Shown here one piece after another: positions 10,274 to 19,479 of a stretch of 64,000 bases of DNA; positions within the stretch are counted from its first letter, which is position 1, and each line of letters starts with the position of its first letter. The notes under the pieces are model-generated. The model was not told the DNA's origin, searched no databases, and was given only the letters and a program-made list of their open reading frames with translations. The position numbers were made by a program, and so were the translations under genes. This DNA comes from a virus: positions 1 through 64,000 of IMG/VR virus record IMGVR_UViG_3300028920_000040; one strand, written 5' to 3'.

Positions 10274-11400
10274 AAATTGATATGCGCCCACCACAATACC
10301 ATTACTTCAATCAGCTAATGGAACATGTGGAAAATAAAGATATTTTCTTTGGTGATAGATTTATCTATCCCAGACAATTTGAAATACATCTTCCAGGCGA
10401 CCATAGGAAGGCTTGTAATCTTCATTGTCCTCACTGTGCTGGTAAGTTGTTTGATAAATCTCTTGGAACTTGGGAAGTAGAGGGACTTGCTTTACTACAT
10501 AAACTTAAAGGCGCAATTCCTTTTCATATCTATGGTGGAGCTTATACAGAACCTTTGATGAACCCATACTATATGTCCTATCTTGCCACTACAAAATATT
10601 ATGGTAATCACTTTGGTATTCATACGAACGGAAGTCTCTTAACAACACTTGAAAAGAAAACTGGATTCTTAACAGAGTTGAATAGAATTTCCACTGACGA
10701 TATTGATTATCTGTCGGTGAGCATTGATGCTGGTTTACCAGAATCTTGGGCAAAGACCAAGGGTACGAAAGAGAATTATTTGTTCAATGATGAAATCATT
10801 AAGGGTCTTGAGTATGCAACAGATATTCGTAAGAGAGTTGGCAAACCGAGTCATGCAATACGGATGTGTTACCTTATATCACACCACAGCGATAATGATG
10901 AAAATTTCAAGGCTATTGTTGAACACGCAAAGAGAATAGGAGTAGACAGTCTCCGTTTTTCAATACCATTTGCTAACTATAATCAATCATTTGACAAGGT
11001 TAGAGAATATAAAAACAACAGAGAACTTCCTGACGATGAAAATTATTATAAAAGGCTACAACAATATCTTTCTAAAAGTAAAGATGAAAGACCATACATT
11101 TTCTATACAGGACCGGAGTTTACAGATATAGATGAGTTTAATTTTAGTCAATGCATTTATGGATATTATCAGATTACTTTTGGTGCTGACGGATATGTAT
11201 ATAAGTGTAGTACAACAGCAACACCGACTGGTAAACAATGCCGGTTGGGAAGAATTACTGCGGATATTGATGAGTTTAGAAAAATGATAGAGAAGAATTA
11301 TAATCCCAATTGGGATGCCCAGAAAAATTGTTTTAATTGTGGTCTTCGTTGTAATAGAATGGGTCTTGAAATTAACAAGGCATATCAGGATATGAAATAA
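10270..11400 (+). CDS. Radical SAM protein with C-terminal SPASM/twitch-like Cys cluster
   Basis: CNLHCPHC (CxxxCxxC), GGAYTEP, TNG. C-terminal C...ADGYVYKC...CFNCGLRC. Confidence 0.85.
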   Translation: MKIDMRPPQYHYFNQLMEHVENKDIFFGDRFIYPRQFEIHLPGDHRKACNLHCPHCAGKLFDKSLGTWEVEGLALLHKLKGAIPFHIYGGAYTEPLMNPYYMSYLATTKYYGNHFGIHTNGSLLTTLEKKTGFLTELNRISTDDIDYLSVSIDAGLPESWAKTKGTKENYLFNDEIIKGLEYATDIRKRVGKPSHAIRMCYLISHHSDNDENFKAIVEHAKRIGVDSLRFSIPFANYNQSFDKVREYKNNRELPDDENYYKRLQQYLSKSKDERPYIFYTGPEFTDIDEFNFSQCIYGYYQITFGADGYVYKCSTTATPTGKQCRLGRITADIDEFRKMIEKNYNPNWDAQKNCFNCGLRCNRMGLEINKAYQDMK

Positions 11401-12284
11401 TGTCATTAACTGATAAAAGAAATAAAGTCGCTTTGATAGGAAAAGGATATTGGGGAAGCAAGCTTTTGAAGTATATACCAAATCACTTCGATTTGGTTGC
11501 TGTGGCAGATTCTAAAACTGATTTGAAACAGATATGGAGTTCAGATATTGAGTCTGTTATCATAGCGACTCCAATACAGACTCACTATGAACTAACTAAG
11601 GAGGCTCTCCTTGCGGGTAAGAATGTCTATGTTGAGAAGCCTTTAGCGTTAAAGTATGAGCAAGGTATTGAAATTGTAAATATTGCAAGAGAGAAAGGAT
11701 TGAGGCTTGATGTTGAATACACTCAGATGTTCTCAAAAGGTCTTCAATATATACAATCAAAGGATATTGGAGAGATAGAGTTTATTGAAATGTCAACTAA
11801 ACATCTTGGAAGATTCGTGGATTATGATGTTTTTTGGTTGTTGGTATCTCACCACTTATCAGTTCTTCCAATGTTTTTCAGCCTTTTAGATTTGGACTTT
11901 AATTTCAAAAAGTATATGTTTCATAATGGTATTTGTACTACGGGTTCTATTGAATGTTTGAAGAAAGGAACTGACAAGATAAAAGCCAAATTGGACGTAA
12001 GTTTGAATTACTATAAGAAGGAATTTTGTATAAATGTTTATGGTACGAAAGGATTTGCTAAATATGATGCAACAAATCAAATTCCAGTTTCTATAACTTG
12101 GTATGAAAAAAAGCGTTCAGTATTACCAAACGAAATGATTATCGGCGTAGAAAATATAAGATTTGATGAAATGAATAATCTTGAATTATCTATTAAACAT
12201 TTCAAAGATTTGATAGAAGGTAGAGATGTTGACAATCTTGATATAGCTCTTGAAATTACCAGAATTCTTGAAAATGGAGGTTAA
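11400..12284 (+). CDS. Gfo/Idh/MocA NAD(P)-dependent oxidoreductase
   Basis: Motifs LIGKGYWG, IATPIQTH, GKNVYVEKPL. Confidence 0.85.
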   Translation: MSLTDKRNKVALIGKGYWGSKLLKYIPNHFDLVAVADSKTDLKQIWSSDIESVIIATPIQTHYELTKEALLAGKNVYVEKPLALKYEQGIEIVNIAREKGLRLDVEYTQMFSKGLQYIQSKDIGEIEFIEMSTKHLGRFVDYDVFWLLVSHHLSVLPMFFSLLDLDFNFKKYMFHNGICTTGSIECLKKGTDKIKAKLDVSLNYYKKEFCINVYGTKGFAKYDATNQIPVSITWYEKKRSVLPNEMIIGVENIRFDEMNNLELSIKHFKDLIEGRDVDNLDIALEITRILENGG

Positions 12285-12286
12285 TT

Positions 12287-12649
12287 ATGATCAAACAATC
12301 AAAGGTCTGGGGCGAAACAGCTAAAATATTTTCACTTAATAATGTAGAGATACATAGAATTGAAATTGAACCCGGTGGATATTGTAGCGAACATTGCCAC
12401 GAATTTAAATATAATCAATTCTTTATAGAGAGTGGGGAGATAGAAGTTACAATATATAGAGACAACGGCATTGAAGAAACTACAGTTCTTAAACCTTATG
12501 ATCAAACAACAGTTCCACCAAAACTCGTTCATAAATTTAAAGCTAATCGAAAATCAATAGTTTACGAGATTTATTGGGTTGCAATGGAAGGAGAAGATAT
12601 TGTAAGGAGAACTGTTGGTGGAAAAATTACTAATAAGAAAATTAAATAA
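12287..12649 (+). CDS. Cupin-domain protein (sugar isomerase/epimerase-like)
   Basis: Cupin motifs KVWG, SEHCHEFKYNQFFIESG, VPPKLVHKF. Confidence 0.75.
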   Translation: MIKQSKVWGETAKIFSLNNVEIHRIEIEPGGYCSEHCHEFKYNQFFIESGEIEVTIYRDNGIEETTVLKPYDQTTVPPKLVHKFKANRKSIVYEIYWVAMEGEDIVRRTVGGKITNKKIK

Positions 12650-12663
12650 GATTGTGTGACTTT

Positions 12664-12671
12664 TATAAATA
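12664..12671 (+). promoter_or_regulatory. T4-type late promoter TATAAATA
   Basis: Exact consensus in the intergenic region about 30 nt before RBS/ATG 12703. Confidence 0.75.
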
Positions 12672-12702
12672 CTTATGATAAACATTTTTATAGGAGATTT
12701 TT

Positions 12703-13131
12703 ATGAAAGATGTTAAGGATATTCTTTACGAAACTATCTCTAAAATAAGTGAGAAAAACGATAGTTTGAAGGAAGAAAACGAAAAACTTAAAAAACAATT
12801 ATTGACATTAAAAGAACAGTCTGAAGATGAAAAATCAGATACAGAGCCAACAGAAAATGAAATTATTCAGGCGATTAAAGATTTTCTTATTAAGACTGAA
12901 GAACCAACGGACGAACAAATTCATGGTCTTGCTGAAGAAATTGGTATTGAGCATGAAAAATTAGAAGAAGCAGTTTATAAGATGCTTCGTGATTATATTG
13001 TTGCTGAATCAGAAGAAGAAACCGATCGGGCACCAGTTGATGTACCCGCCTCTGCTGAAACACCAGATACAAATACAGACCTTGATGTTCCAGCAACTAT
13101 TCCTGAACCCAATGCTACTCCAGAGGCATAA
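12703..13131 (+). CDS. Acidic hypothetical protein (possible head/internal protein)
   Basis: RBS AGGAG, coiled-coil N-terminus, acidic Pro-rich tail, first gene after a late promoter. Confidence 0.6.
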   Translation: MKDVKDILYETISKISEKNDSLKEENEKLKKQLLTLKEQSEDEKSDTEPTENEIIQAIKDFLIKTEEPTDEQIHGLAEEIGIEHEKLEEAVYKMLRDYIVAESEEETDRAPVDVPASAETPDTNTDLDVPATIPEPNATPEA

Positions 13132-13133
13132 TA

Positions 13134-13529
13134 ATGATTAAATTTTCTCAATACTATCTTGTAGAAGGAATAGAAGACCTTATTAAAGAAAATGAGGAAA
13201 AAGAAAGTTTGAATAGAGAATTCATTTTAAAGATGATGAACTATTTAGACGGTCTCTTTCCTTCTTATGGTAAATTTGATGGTAGTATTAACAACGAACT
13301 TCAAAAGTATATGAGATCAGGAGAAAACGGTAAAGACATCAGGAGGATCAAAAAAAGAATACATGATATTTTACAAAAGGCAAAAAATAAAATGTTGGGA
13401 AGTATTCAGGCAAAAGTGGAGAAAATCCAAGTGGTACCGAAGGTTAAGAAAAAAGCGTTCGAGCCAGTAGAACCAGTAGAAACAGAGATTGAACAAGAAG
13501 AGGAACTAGATGGCGACGCAACAACATAG
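13134..13529 (+). CDS. Hypothetical protein with capsid-targeting-like leader (MIKFSQYYLVE)
   Basis: Tightly packed ORF. The leader resembles T4 internal-protein leaders. Confidence 0.55.
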   Translation: MIKFSQYYLVEGIEDLIKENEEKESLNREFILKMMNYLDGLFPSYGKFDGSINNELQKYMRSGENGKDIRRIKKRIHDILQKAKNKMLGSIQAKVEKIQVVPKVKKKAFEPVEPVETEIEQEEELDGDATT

Positions 13530-13935
13530 AGAAAATATAGATACTATATTAACATATATATTAATTAAGAAGCTTGTTACGCCGATTGTAAGAACAGACG
13601 CATATAAACTCGGACTTGTAAATAATGCAGGTAAAGTACTTCATGAACCGAGTGATCCTAAAGAAAGAGGAGCATTAACTTTACTAGATAAAGTAGTATT
13701 TAAATTGAAAAGGTTATTAGGAGCCAAGTTAACTAATTTGAGTAATTTTTTATATCTACAAACTATATCATCCAATTTTTATAATAAACTAATGGTTAAG
13801 GGCGATATAAGACAAAGAGCAGAGATTAAAAGAATTGTGAAAGACGTTAAAGGAATTAAAGAAAAATATGATAAGTCTATGGACGAAATTATTTGTGCTT
13901 TAATAACAGAAGAGTTACAACAAGGAGAGGAATAA
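13510..13935 (+). CDS. Conserved T4-like-phage hypothetical protein
   Basis: YILIKKLVTP..TDAYKLGLVNNAGKVL..LDKVVFKLKRLL pattern, recognised from T4-like head regions. RBS GAGGA. Confidence 0.6.
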   Translation: MATQQHRENIDTILTYILIKKLVTPIVRTDAYKLGLVNNAGKVLHEPSDPKERGALTLLDKVVFKLKRLLGAKLTNLSNFLYLQTISSNFYNKLMVKGDIRQRAEIKRIVKDVKGIKEKYDKSMDEIICALITEELQQGEE

Positions 13936-14307
13936 ATGGCAACCCCAGCAGAATTAGATTCTCAGCTTGCACAAAAGAAAGCTGACATGGAAAAAAGAAT
14001 AGCCGCTCTTAAAAAACAAATTGCCGATCTTGAAACAAATTTTGTTAACGAAAAAGAAAGAGTTATGGCACAAAAAGAAAGAATGACAAAAGAATCTGTT
14101 GAAGAAGTAGACGAAGAAACTCAGGCATCTACTACTACAGGAGACATTGCTACATTTGCTCCTAAGATGGGTGGTGGAATGGGTATGACCACCAGATACG
14201 GCGATTTTAAAGAAAAAGGTAAGAAGAAAAAGAAGAAGAAAGAAAAGTCTTCACAAAAGATTGTAACCTATATTGATAGTATATTAAAAGGATTGAAAGG
14301 AGACTAA
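13936..14307 (+). CDS. Coiled-coil/poly-Lys hypothetical protein (possible internal head protein)
   Basis: RBS GAGGA, coiled coil, KKKKKKK tract, immediately upstream of the portal gene. Confidence 0.6.
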   Translation: MATPAELDSQLAQKKADMEKRIAALKKQIADLETNFVNEKERVMAQKERMTKESVEEVDEETQASTTTGDIATFAPKMGGGMGMTTRYGDFKEKGKKKKKKKEKSSQKIVTYIDSILKGLKGD

Positions 14308-14308
14308 G

Positions 14309-16180
14309 ATGAATATTGCAAGTCTTTTTGGATTTAACAAATTTGCAAAGTTTTTTGTTGGTGCTAGAAAAGAAGAAGAGCACCAAGAAAAAGAGGAAAT
14401 GGATAATAGCGTAGGTATTTCTCAGGAAGAAATAGATGCCGCGCGAACTATGTCAACTGCTAACTCTAATAGTTATCAGTACACTGGTGGGTTGACATAT
14501 ATAGGTATCCAGTTCGAACAATACTTTTCCAATAAGGCCGCGAGAATTGTTAAATATCGTGAAATGTCTTTCTTCCCTGAAATTGCAGATTCGATTTATG
14601 CTATTTGTGATGAAGCTATAGTAGATAATCCTGTTGATGGTGATATTGTTAAACTTGATATTAATGTTGAAATGCCAGAACATATTGAAGAAGAAGTAAG
14701 AAAGATTTGGGAATATCTATCTAATGATGTTTTTTCTTTTAATGAAAGAGCATGGGATTTATTTAAGAAATGGCTTGTCGAAGCAGAGTTATATGTAGAA
14801 TTAATTCTTAATGACGAAGGTGATAATATTATAGGTATTAAGATTCTTCCTGCATATACAATGATGCCTATCTATGAAGAAAATAAGATTAGAGGATATG
14901 TACAATCGAAGACTCCTGCCGCTGCAAATACACCTACAAGAGAAGCAGGCGAACAGCAACAACATAATACTGTATTTGATAAAGATCAAGTTTCATATAT
15001 TAATTATGGTTTGTATGGTCATAACTTTTATGATGTAAGAGGATTTCTTGAGTCGAGTATTAGAACATATAATCAACTTAGAAATCTTGAAGACTCATTA
15101 GTTATTTACAGACTTGTACGTGCTCCTGAAAGAAAGATTTGGAATATTGCTGTTGGTAGAATGCCTAAGGGTAAAGCAGAAGAATATATTAGAGGAATGA
15201 TTCAGAGATATAAAAAGAGAATTGTTTATGATAGTGAAACTGGAGCTATGAACTCTGCACAAAATATTCAAGCTCTTACTGAAGACTTTTGGTTTGCAAA
15301 AAATGATCGTGGTGAAGGAACATCGGTTGAAACTATCGGTGGAACTATGAATCTTGGTGAGATTGAAGATGTTAATTATTTTCTCAAGAAATTATATAAA
15401 GGATTAAAACTTCCGAAGTCAAGATGGGAAGACCCTGCATCTAGTATGTATTCGGCTGGCAAGTCTGGAGAAATACAAAGAGAAGAAATTAAATTTGCAA
15501 GGTTTGTTGAAAGACTTCAGAGAAGATTTAAATATGTTATTCTTGAACCTTTCTTAACTCTTCTTAGATTAAGAGGAATTGATGAAAGATATATTGGCGA
15601 TGGAATATATAATCTTAGTTTTAATAAAGCCAATTTGTTCAAGGAATATAAAGAGCTTGAACTTAACGAAGCTAAGTTTGGTCTTCTTGGTTCAATAGAC
15701 AGTTATGTTTACAAACCAGGCGAAAACGATTCTGGATTCTTTTCAAGAGAATTTGTTATGAGAAAATATTTTCAACTTAGTGATGAAGAGTGGAACGAAA
15801 ATATTGAGATGGTTAATGCCGAAAGAGCCCAAGCACAATCTGAAGGAGAAACTGGTGGTGAAGGCGAAGCAGGCGGCGGATTTGGAGAAGAAGAGTTTGG
15901 AGGATTCGGTGGTGGAGAAATTGGCGGCGGCGGAGAATTTGGCGGCGGTGGTGGTACGGAACCAACTCCTGAAACTCCCGAAGCTCCCCCAGCAGAAACC
16001 CCAGCCGAAACGGCTCCGGAGACTGCTCCTGAATCTGTACAGTATAAAAAAGGATATCTCAAGAAAAAGGATACAAATAAAAAGAATAGAGGAGACGGTC
16101 TTGTAAGTTCTTGGAAGCAAGAAGATAAGACTATTAGAGAAAAATATAATCATGGAGATAGAATAATTTCTAAAAAATAG
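14309..16180 (+). CDS. gp20: Portal vertex protein (T4 gp20-like)
   Basis: YREMSFFPEI, NQLRNLEDSLVIYRLVRAPERKIW, GRMPKGKAEEY, EDFWF, LGEIEDVNYF, IQREEIKFARFVERLQRRF. Confidence 0.95.
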   Translation: MNIASLFGFNKFAKFFVGARKEEEHQEKEEMDNSVGISQEEIDAARTMSTANSNSYQYTGGLTYIGIQFEQYFSNKAARIVKYREMSFFPEIADSIYAICDEAIVDNPVDGDIVKLDINVEMPEHIEEEVRKIWEYLSNDVFSFNERAWDLFKKWLVEAELYVELILNDEGDNIIGIKILPAYTMMPIYEENKIRGYVQSKTPAAANTPTREAGEQQQHNTVFDKDQVSYINYGLYGHNFYDVRGFLESSIRTYNQLRNLEDSLVIYRLVRAPERKIWNIAVGRMPKGKAEEYIRGMIQRYKKRIVYDSETGAMNSAQNIQALTEDFWFAKNDRGEGTSVETIGGTMNLGEIEDVNYFLKKLYKGLKLPKSRWEDPASSMYSAGKSGEIQREEIKFARFVERLQRRFKYVILEPFLTLLRLRGIDERYIGDGIYNLSFNKANLFKEYKELELNEAKFGLLGSIDSYVYKPGENDSGFFSREFVMRKYFQLSDEEWNENIEMVNAERAQAQSEGETGGEGEAGGGFGEEEFGGFGGGEIGGGGEFGGGGGTEPTPETPEAPPAETPAETAPETAPESVQYKKGYLKKKDTNKKNRGDGLVSSWKQEDKTIREKYNHGDRIISKK

Positions 16181-16198
16181 AAAAACTTGTATTTAATA

Positions 16199-16206
16199 TA
16201 TAAATA
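16199..16206 (+). promoter_or_regulatory. T4-type late promoter TATAAATA
   Basis: Exact consensus upstream of RBS AAGGAGG and ATG 16240. Confidence 0.75.
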
Positions 16207-16239
16207 CTGTTAGGAATGAATTAGACTTAAGGAGGTTTT

Positions 16240-16428
16240 ATGAAGTCTGTTATTAAAAGTGTTCTTGATGGAGATTGGAAGTCTCTGCAAGATCGTTATG
16301 AAAAAGTCGCCGCAGATAAGGTTATGGAAAGAATCAATGATAAAAAGATTGATGTTCTTGCAACCTTAAATAATGTCGAGCGTGAAAAGATGCAAGACAT
16401 GGTTTCTGTATCAGACGAAGAAAAATAA
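16240..16428 (+). CDS. Small prohead core protein (gp67/gp68 position)
   Basis: Strong RBS. Lies between portal and protease as in T4-like phages. Helical and charged. Confidence 0.6.
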   Translation: MKSVIKSVLDGDWKSLQDRYEKVAADKVMERINDKKIDVLATLNNVEREKMQDMVSVSDEEK

Positions 16429-16455
16429 TACCTTCGTGAATAGAGGAGGAAATAA

Positions 16456-17124
16456 ATGAAACTCATTAAGGAATATATTAATCCCGGTGAGCTGGAATTG
16501 ATTAAGGAAGAAACAGGCGAAGGTAATAAGAAAGAATGTATTTATAGAATTAAAGGCCCCTTTCTTGCTGCTGAAGTTGAAAACAAAAATGGCCGTATCT
16601 ATCCTCAAGGTATAATCGAAAGAGAAATCCAGAAATTCAATGACGAGAAGATTAAAACAGGTAGAAGTATGGGCGAGCTGGATCATCCAGATAACCCACA
16701 AATTAATTTAGAAAGAGTCTCTCACATTGTTGAATCTCTGGAAATGGTTAAGAATGAAGGTGTCGGTTGTGCCAGATTGATAAATACTCCAATGGGTCGA
16801 ATTGCACAAACACTAGTAAAAGAAGGAGTCATGCTTGGAATGTCAACAAGAGGAGTAGGTTCTCTTGATGGTAAAAGTGTTCAAGAAGATTACTCTCTTA
16901 TTGCTATTGATACAGTTGCTGATCCAAGTTATCAAAATGCTTTCGTTGAGGGAGTATTAGAGAATAGAGAATTCATTATTGGTGAAGATGGAGAAATTAT
17001 TGAAGTTGCTCTTAATAAATTTAAGAAATCTATGGATGAGCATTATAGTGATAAAGAATTATCATCAAAGGCTTTATCTCAGCTTCTTGAATTTGTTGGA
17101 AATATAAAAAGTAAAAATTTGTAA
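16456..17124 (+). CDS. gp21: Prohead protease (T4 gp21-like)
   Basis: NKNGRIYP, GELDHP, GMSTRGVGSL, DTVADPS. Confidence 0.93.
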   Translation: MKLIKEYINPGELELIKEETGEGNKKECIYRIKGPFLAAEVENKNGRIYPQGIIEREIQKFNDEKIKTGRSMGELDHPDNPQINLERVSHIVESLEMVKNEGVGCARLINTPMGRIAQTLVKEGVMLGMSTRGVGSLDGKSVQEDYSLIAIDTVADPSYQNAFVEGVLENREFIIGEDGEIIEVALNKFKKSMDEHYSDKELSSKALSQLLEFVGNIKSKNL

Positions 17125-17152
17125 AAAAACTTTAAAATTTATAAGCCAAACT

Positions 17153-17160
17153 TATAAATA
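17153..17160 (+). promoter_or_regulatory. T4-type late promoter TATAAATA
   Basis: Exact consensus upstream of the scaffold gene. Confidence 0.75.
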
Positions 17161-17195
17161 CTTTATGATCAATACATTAGATAGGAGGACATCGT

Positions 17196-17993
17196 ATGAA
17201 CAAAAAGATCACCGAAAAGATCAAGGAAATTCTGACCCCAGAAGACCTTGAGGCCTTTGAGGGCGCGGTGGAGTCATTGATCTCCGAAAGAACGGCTTTG
17301 GTCGAAGAAGAGCTTAAGAACAAGTATGATGAAATTGCTGAAGAATATGTTCAAAAGCGTCTCGCCGAAGAAATCGAAAAGGAGAAAGCATCTCTTGTCG
17401 AAAGTTACGATCAGAAGCTCAGCGCACTTGAAAAGAAGGTTGTCAATAAACTTGATAGCTTTATGGATCATGTGATAACAGAGCAAATCTCTGACGAAAC
17501 TATCGAAAAGATTGCTATCAATGAGACTCTACAGCCGATCGTTAATGGCATTAAGAAACTTTATGAAGATAATCATATTGCTATTGATGCAGACGGTTCC
17601 AATGTTATTAAAGAGAAGGAAGAAAAGATTTCTGATCTGGAAAAGAAACTTTCCGAATCCATTGCGAAAGGAATGGAAACTGAAGAAAGACTTGAAAAGA
17701 CAGCAGTATTTCTTCTTATCTCCGAAAAGACTGAAGGAATGGTCAAGTCTCAAAAAGACAGAGTCGTAAAAATGTTTAGAGATAAACCTTTTGAAGAAGT
17801 CGAAGACAAAATCGAAACTTTCATTGAAATGGTCAAAGAAAGTAGAGAAAAACCAATTAAAGAAAACAAGGAAACTAAGAAAATCGATGAGATTCTAACT
17901 GAAGATGATGGAACAGTGGAAGAAAAGCCAGTGATCCAGGAAGAGGCTGACGAAGCACCTTCTACTGCAGTCAGAGCTAACGCTTTTCTATAA
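17196..17993 (+). CDS. gp22: Prohead core scaffold protein (T4 gp22-like)
   Basis: Glu/Lys-rich coiled coil between the protease and major capsid genes. KLDSFMDHV..AI pattern. Confidence 0.8.
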   Translation: MNKKITEKIKEILTPEDLEAFEGAVESLISERTALVEEELKNKYDEIAEEYVQKRLAEEIEKEKASLVESYDQKLSALEKKVVNKLDSFMDHVITEQISDETIEKIAINETLQPIVNGIKKLYEDNHIAIDADGSNVIKEKEEKISDLEKKLSESIAKGMETEERLEKTAVFLLISEKTEGMVKSQKDRVVKMFRDKPFEEVEDKIETFIEMVKESREKPIKENKETKKIDEILTEDDGTVEEKPVIQEEADEAPSTAVRANAFL

Positions 17994-18036
17994 GATTCCC
18001 TGTCGCAATTTTAGTGAATGAATAGAGGAGGAAACT

Positions 18037-19356
18037 ATGAATAAAAAAGAAATTGTGAGGAAATGGGAAGCTGCTGAAGGCAAGATGTCCATTAAGGACA
18101 TTAAAGATGTCTATGTCAAGGAAAACCTTGCACAGCTCCTTGAGAACCAAGAACAGAAGGATTGGAATGGTAATGACCTCTTTCTGGCAGAAGCCAGTCA
18201 GGGCGCAGTGAATACCGGTACCCTTGGTGGTACGACAGATGGTTCCAGCGATCCACAGTCATACATTTTCCGTCCCGTTGCTCTGGCTCTCGTTAGACGT
18301 ACATTCCCTGACCTCTTCGCTAACAAGGTCGTCGGTGTTCAGGCACTTTCGACTCCAGTTGGTCTTGCATACGCTTTGCGTGTCAAGTACAACGATGATA
18401 GTGGAAATGAGGCGGCTTGGGACGTCGTCGATTATTATGGTGGATACACTGGTAGCCAGGTCGGAACTTCTGGCGCCCTTAAGCAGGTTTCTGCTAATGG
18501 TATCTACGACACTTCTGCAACTGGTGCTGACACTAGTGCGGCTGAAGGTTGGACAATTGCTAACGCATGTACGTCCGCTAACACCGGTGCTACTGGCTGT
18601 GGTTCTTATCCTGAACTTAAGCTTGTCATTGATCAGATTGCAGTAACCGCCAAGACAAGAAAGCTAGCAGCTAGCTTCTCGCTTGAAGCCGCTCAGGACG
18701 TTAAGGCCATGCACGGTGTCGATATCGAACGTGAAATGGTTAACTTCCTGCAGTATGAGATTACGGCCGAACTCGACCGTGAGCTTCTTGCAAGAATGAA
18801 GACCGCTGCTGTTGATACTGCTAATGGTGGTGTAAGCATCAGCCCTATCGATCTGACAGGTAGCGGAACTGGTATTGACGGTCGTTGGAGTGGTGAGAAG
18901 TACATGAATGTTGTTGCTTCCATCGTCCATCAGGCTAACCAGATCGCAATCTCCACTCGTAGGGGTGCTGGTAACTTTGTGGTTGTGTCTCCTGCCATCG
19001 CTTCGATGCTCCAGGCGGCTGGTCACCAGTTTGTCCAGTACAAGTCGGCTGTCAATCCTTCTACTGTCATGGCTGCCATCGGCAAGCTTAACGGCACTCT
19101 TGATGTGTACCGTGATCAGTATGCAAGAACTGACTATGCTCTTGTTGGTTACAAGGGTCCTGGTATTTCGGACTGTGGAGTTATCTTCAGCCCTTATATC
19201 ATGGGTCTTACCAATAGGGCTATTGAGCCTTCTGATTTTACTCCAAGGATCGGCGTTATGTCCAGATATGCAATCACCGATACATTGCTCGGTGCTGGTC
19301 GTTACTACCGTCAGATTCCTTTCACCAATGTTAACAAGGTTATCGCTGGTGCGTAA
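18037..19356 (+). CDS. gp23: Major capsid protein (T4 gp23-like)
   Basis: QLLENQE, LVRRTFPDLFA..VGVQALSTPVG, AKTRKLAASFSLEAAQDVKAMHG, RRGAGNF, VGYKG, DFTPRIGVMSRY. Likely maturation site LAE|A. Higher-GC, high-expression codon bias. Confidence 0.97.
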   Translation: MNKKEIVRKWEAAEGKMSIKDIKDVYVKENLAQLLENQEQKDWNGNDLFLAEASQGAVNTGTLGGTTDGSSDPQSYIFRPVALALVRRTFPDLFANKVVGVQALSTPVGLAYALRVKYNDDSGNEAAWDVVDYYGGYTGSQVGTSGALKQVSANGIYDTSATGADTSAAEGWTIANACTSANTGATGCGSYPELKLVIDQIAVTAKTRKLAASFSLEAAQDVKAMHGVDIEREMVNFLQYEITAELDRELLARMKTAAVDTANGGVSISPIDLTGSGTGIDGRWSGEKYMNVVASIVHQANQIAISTRRGAGNFVVVSPAIASMLQAAGHQFVQYKSAVNPSTVMAAIGKLNGTLDVYRDQYARTDYALVGYKGPGISDCGVIFSPYIMGLTNRAIEPSDFTPRIGVMSRYAITDTLLGAGRYYRQIPFTNVNKVIAGA

Positions 19357-19377
19357 TTGGTAGTAGAATTACGAATT

Positions 19378-19408
19378 AAAGGGTGGGTTTTTAACTCACC
19401 CTTTTTTT
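19378..19408 (+). terminator. Rho-independent terminator after the major capsid gene
   Basis: Stem aaagggtgggtt / aactcacccttt (one G-U pair) followed by a T run. Confidence 0.85.
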
Positions 19409-19428
19409 ACGCCCATACTTGATTAAAA

Positions 19429-19436
19429 TATAAATA
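19429..19436 (+). promoter_or_regulatory. T4-type late promoter TATAAATA
   Basis: Exact consensus just after the terminator, before ORF 19480. Confidence 0.7.
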
Positions 19437-19479
19437 GTTATGTAGAAATTTGTTTTGATTTGTTTGTAGGAGGTTTATT

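Noticed and set aside
15743-16153. Minus-strand and alternate-frame ORFs over the portal C-terminus
   Set aside because: Shadow ORFs of a GC-rich low-complexity region. No RBS, and they overlap a confident gene.
18224-19363. Alternate-frame ORFs within gp23
   Set aside because: Expected from the biased codon usage of a highly expressed gene.
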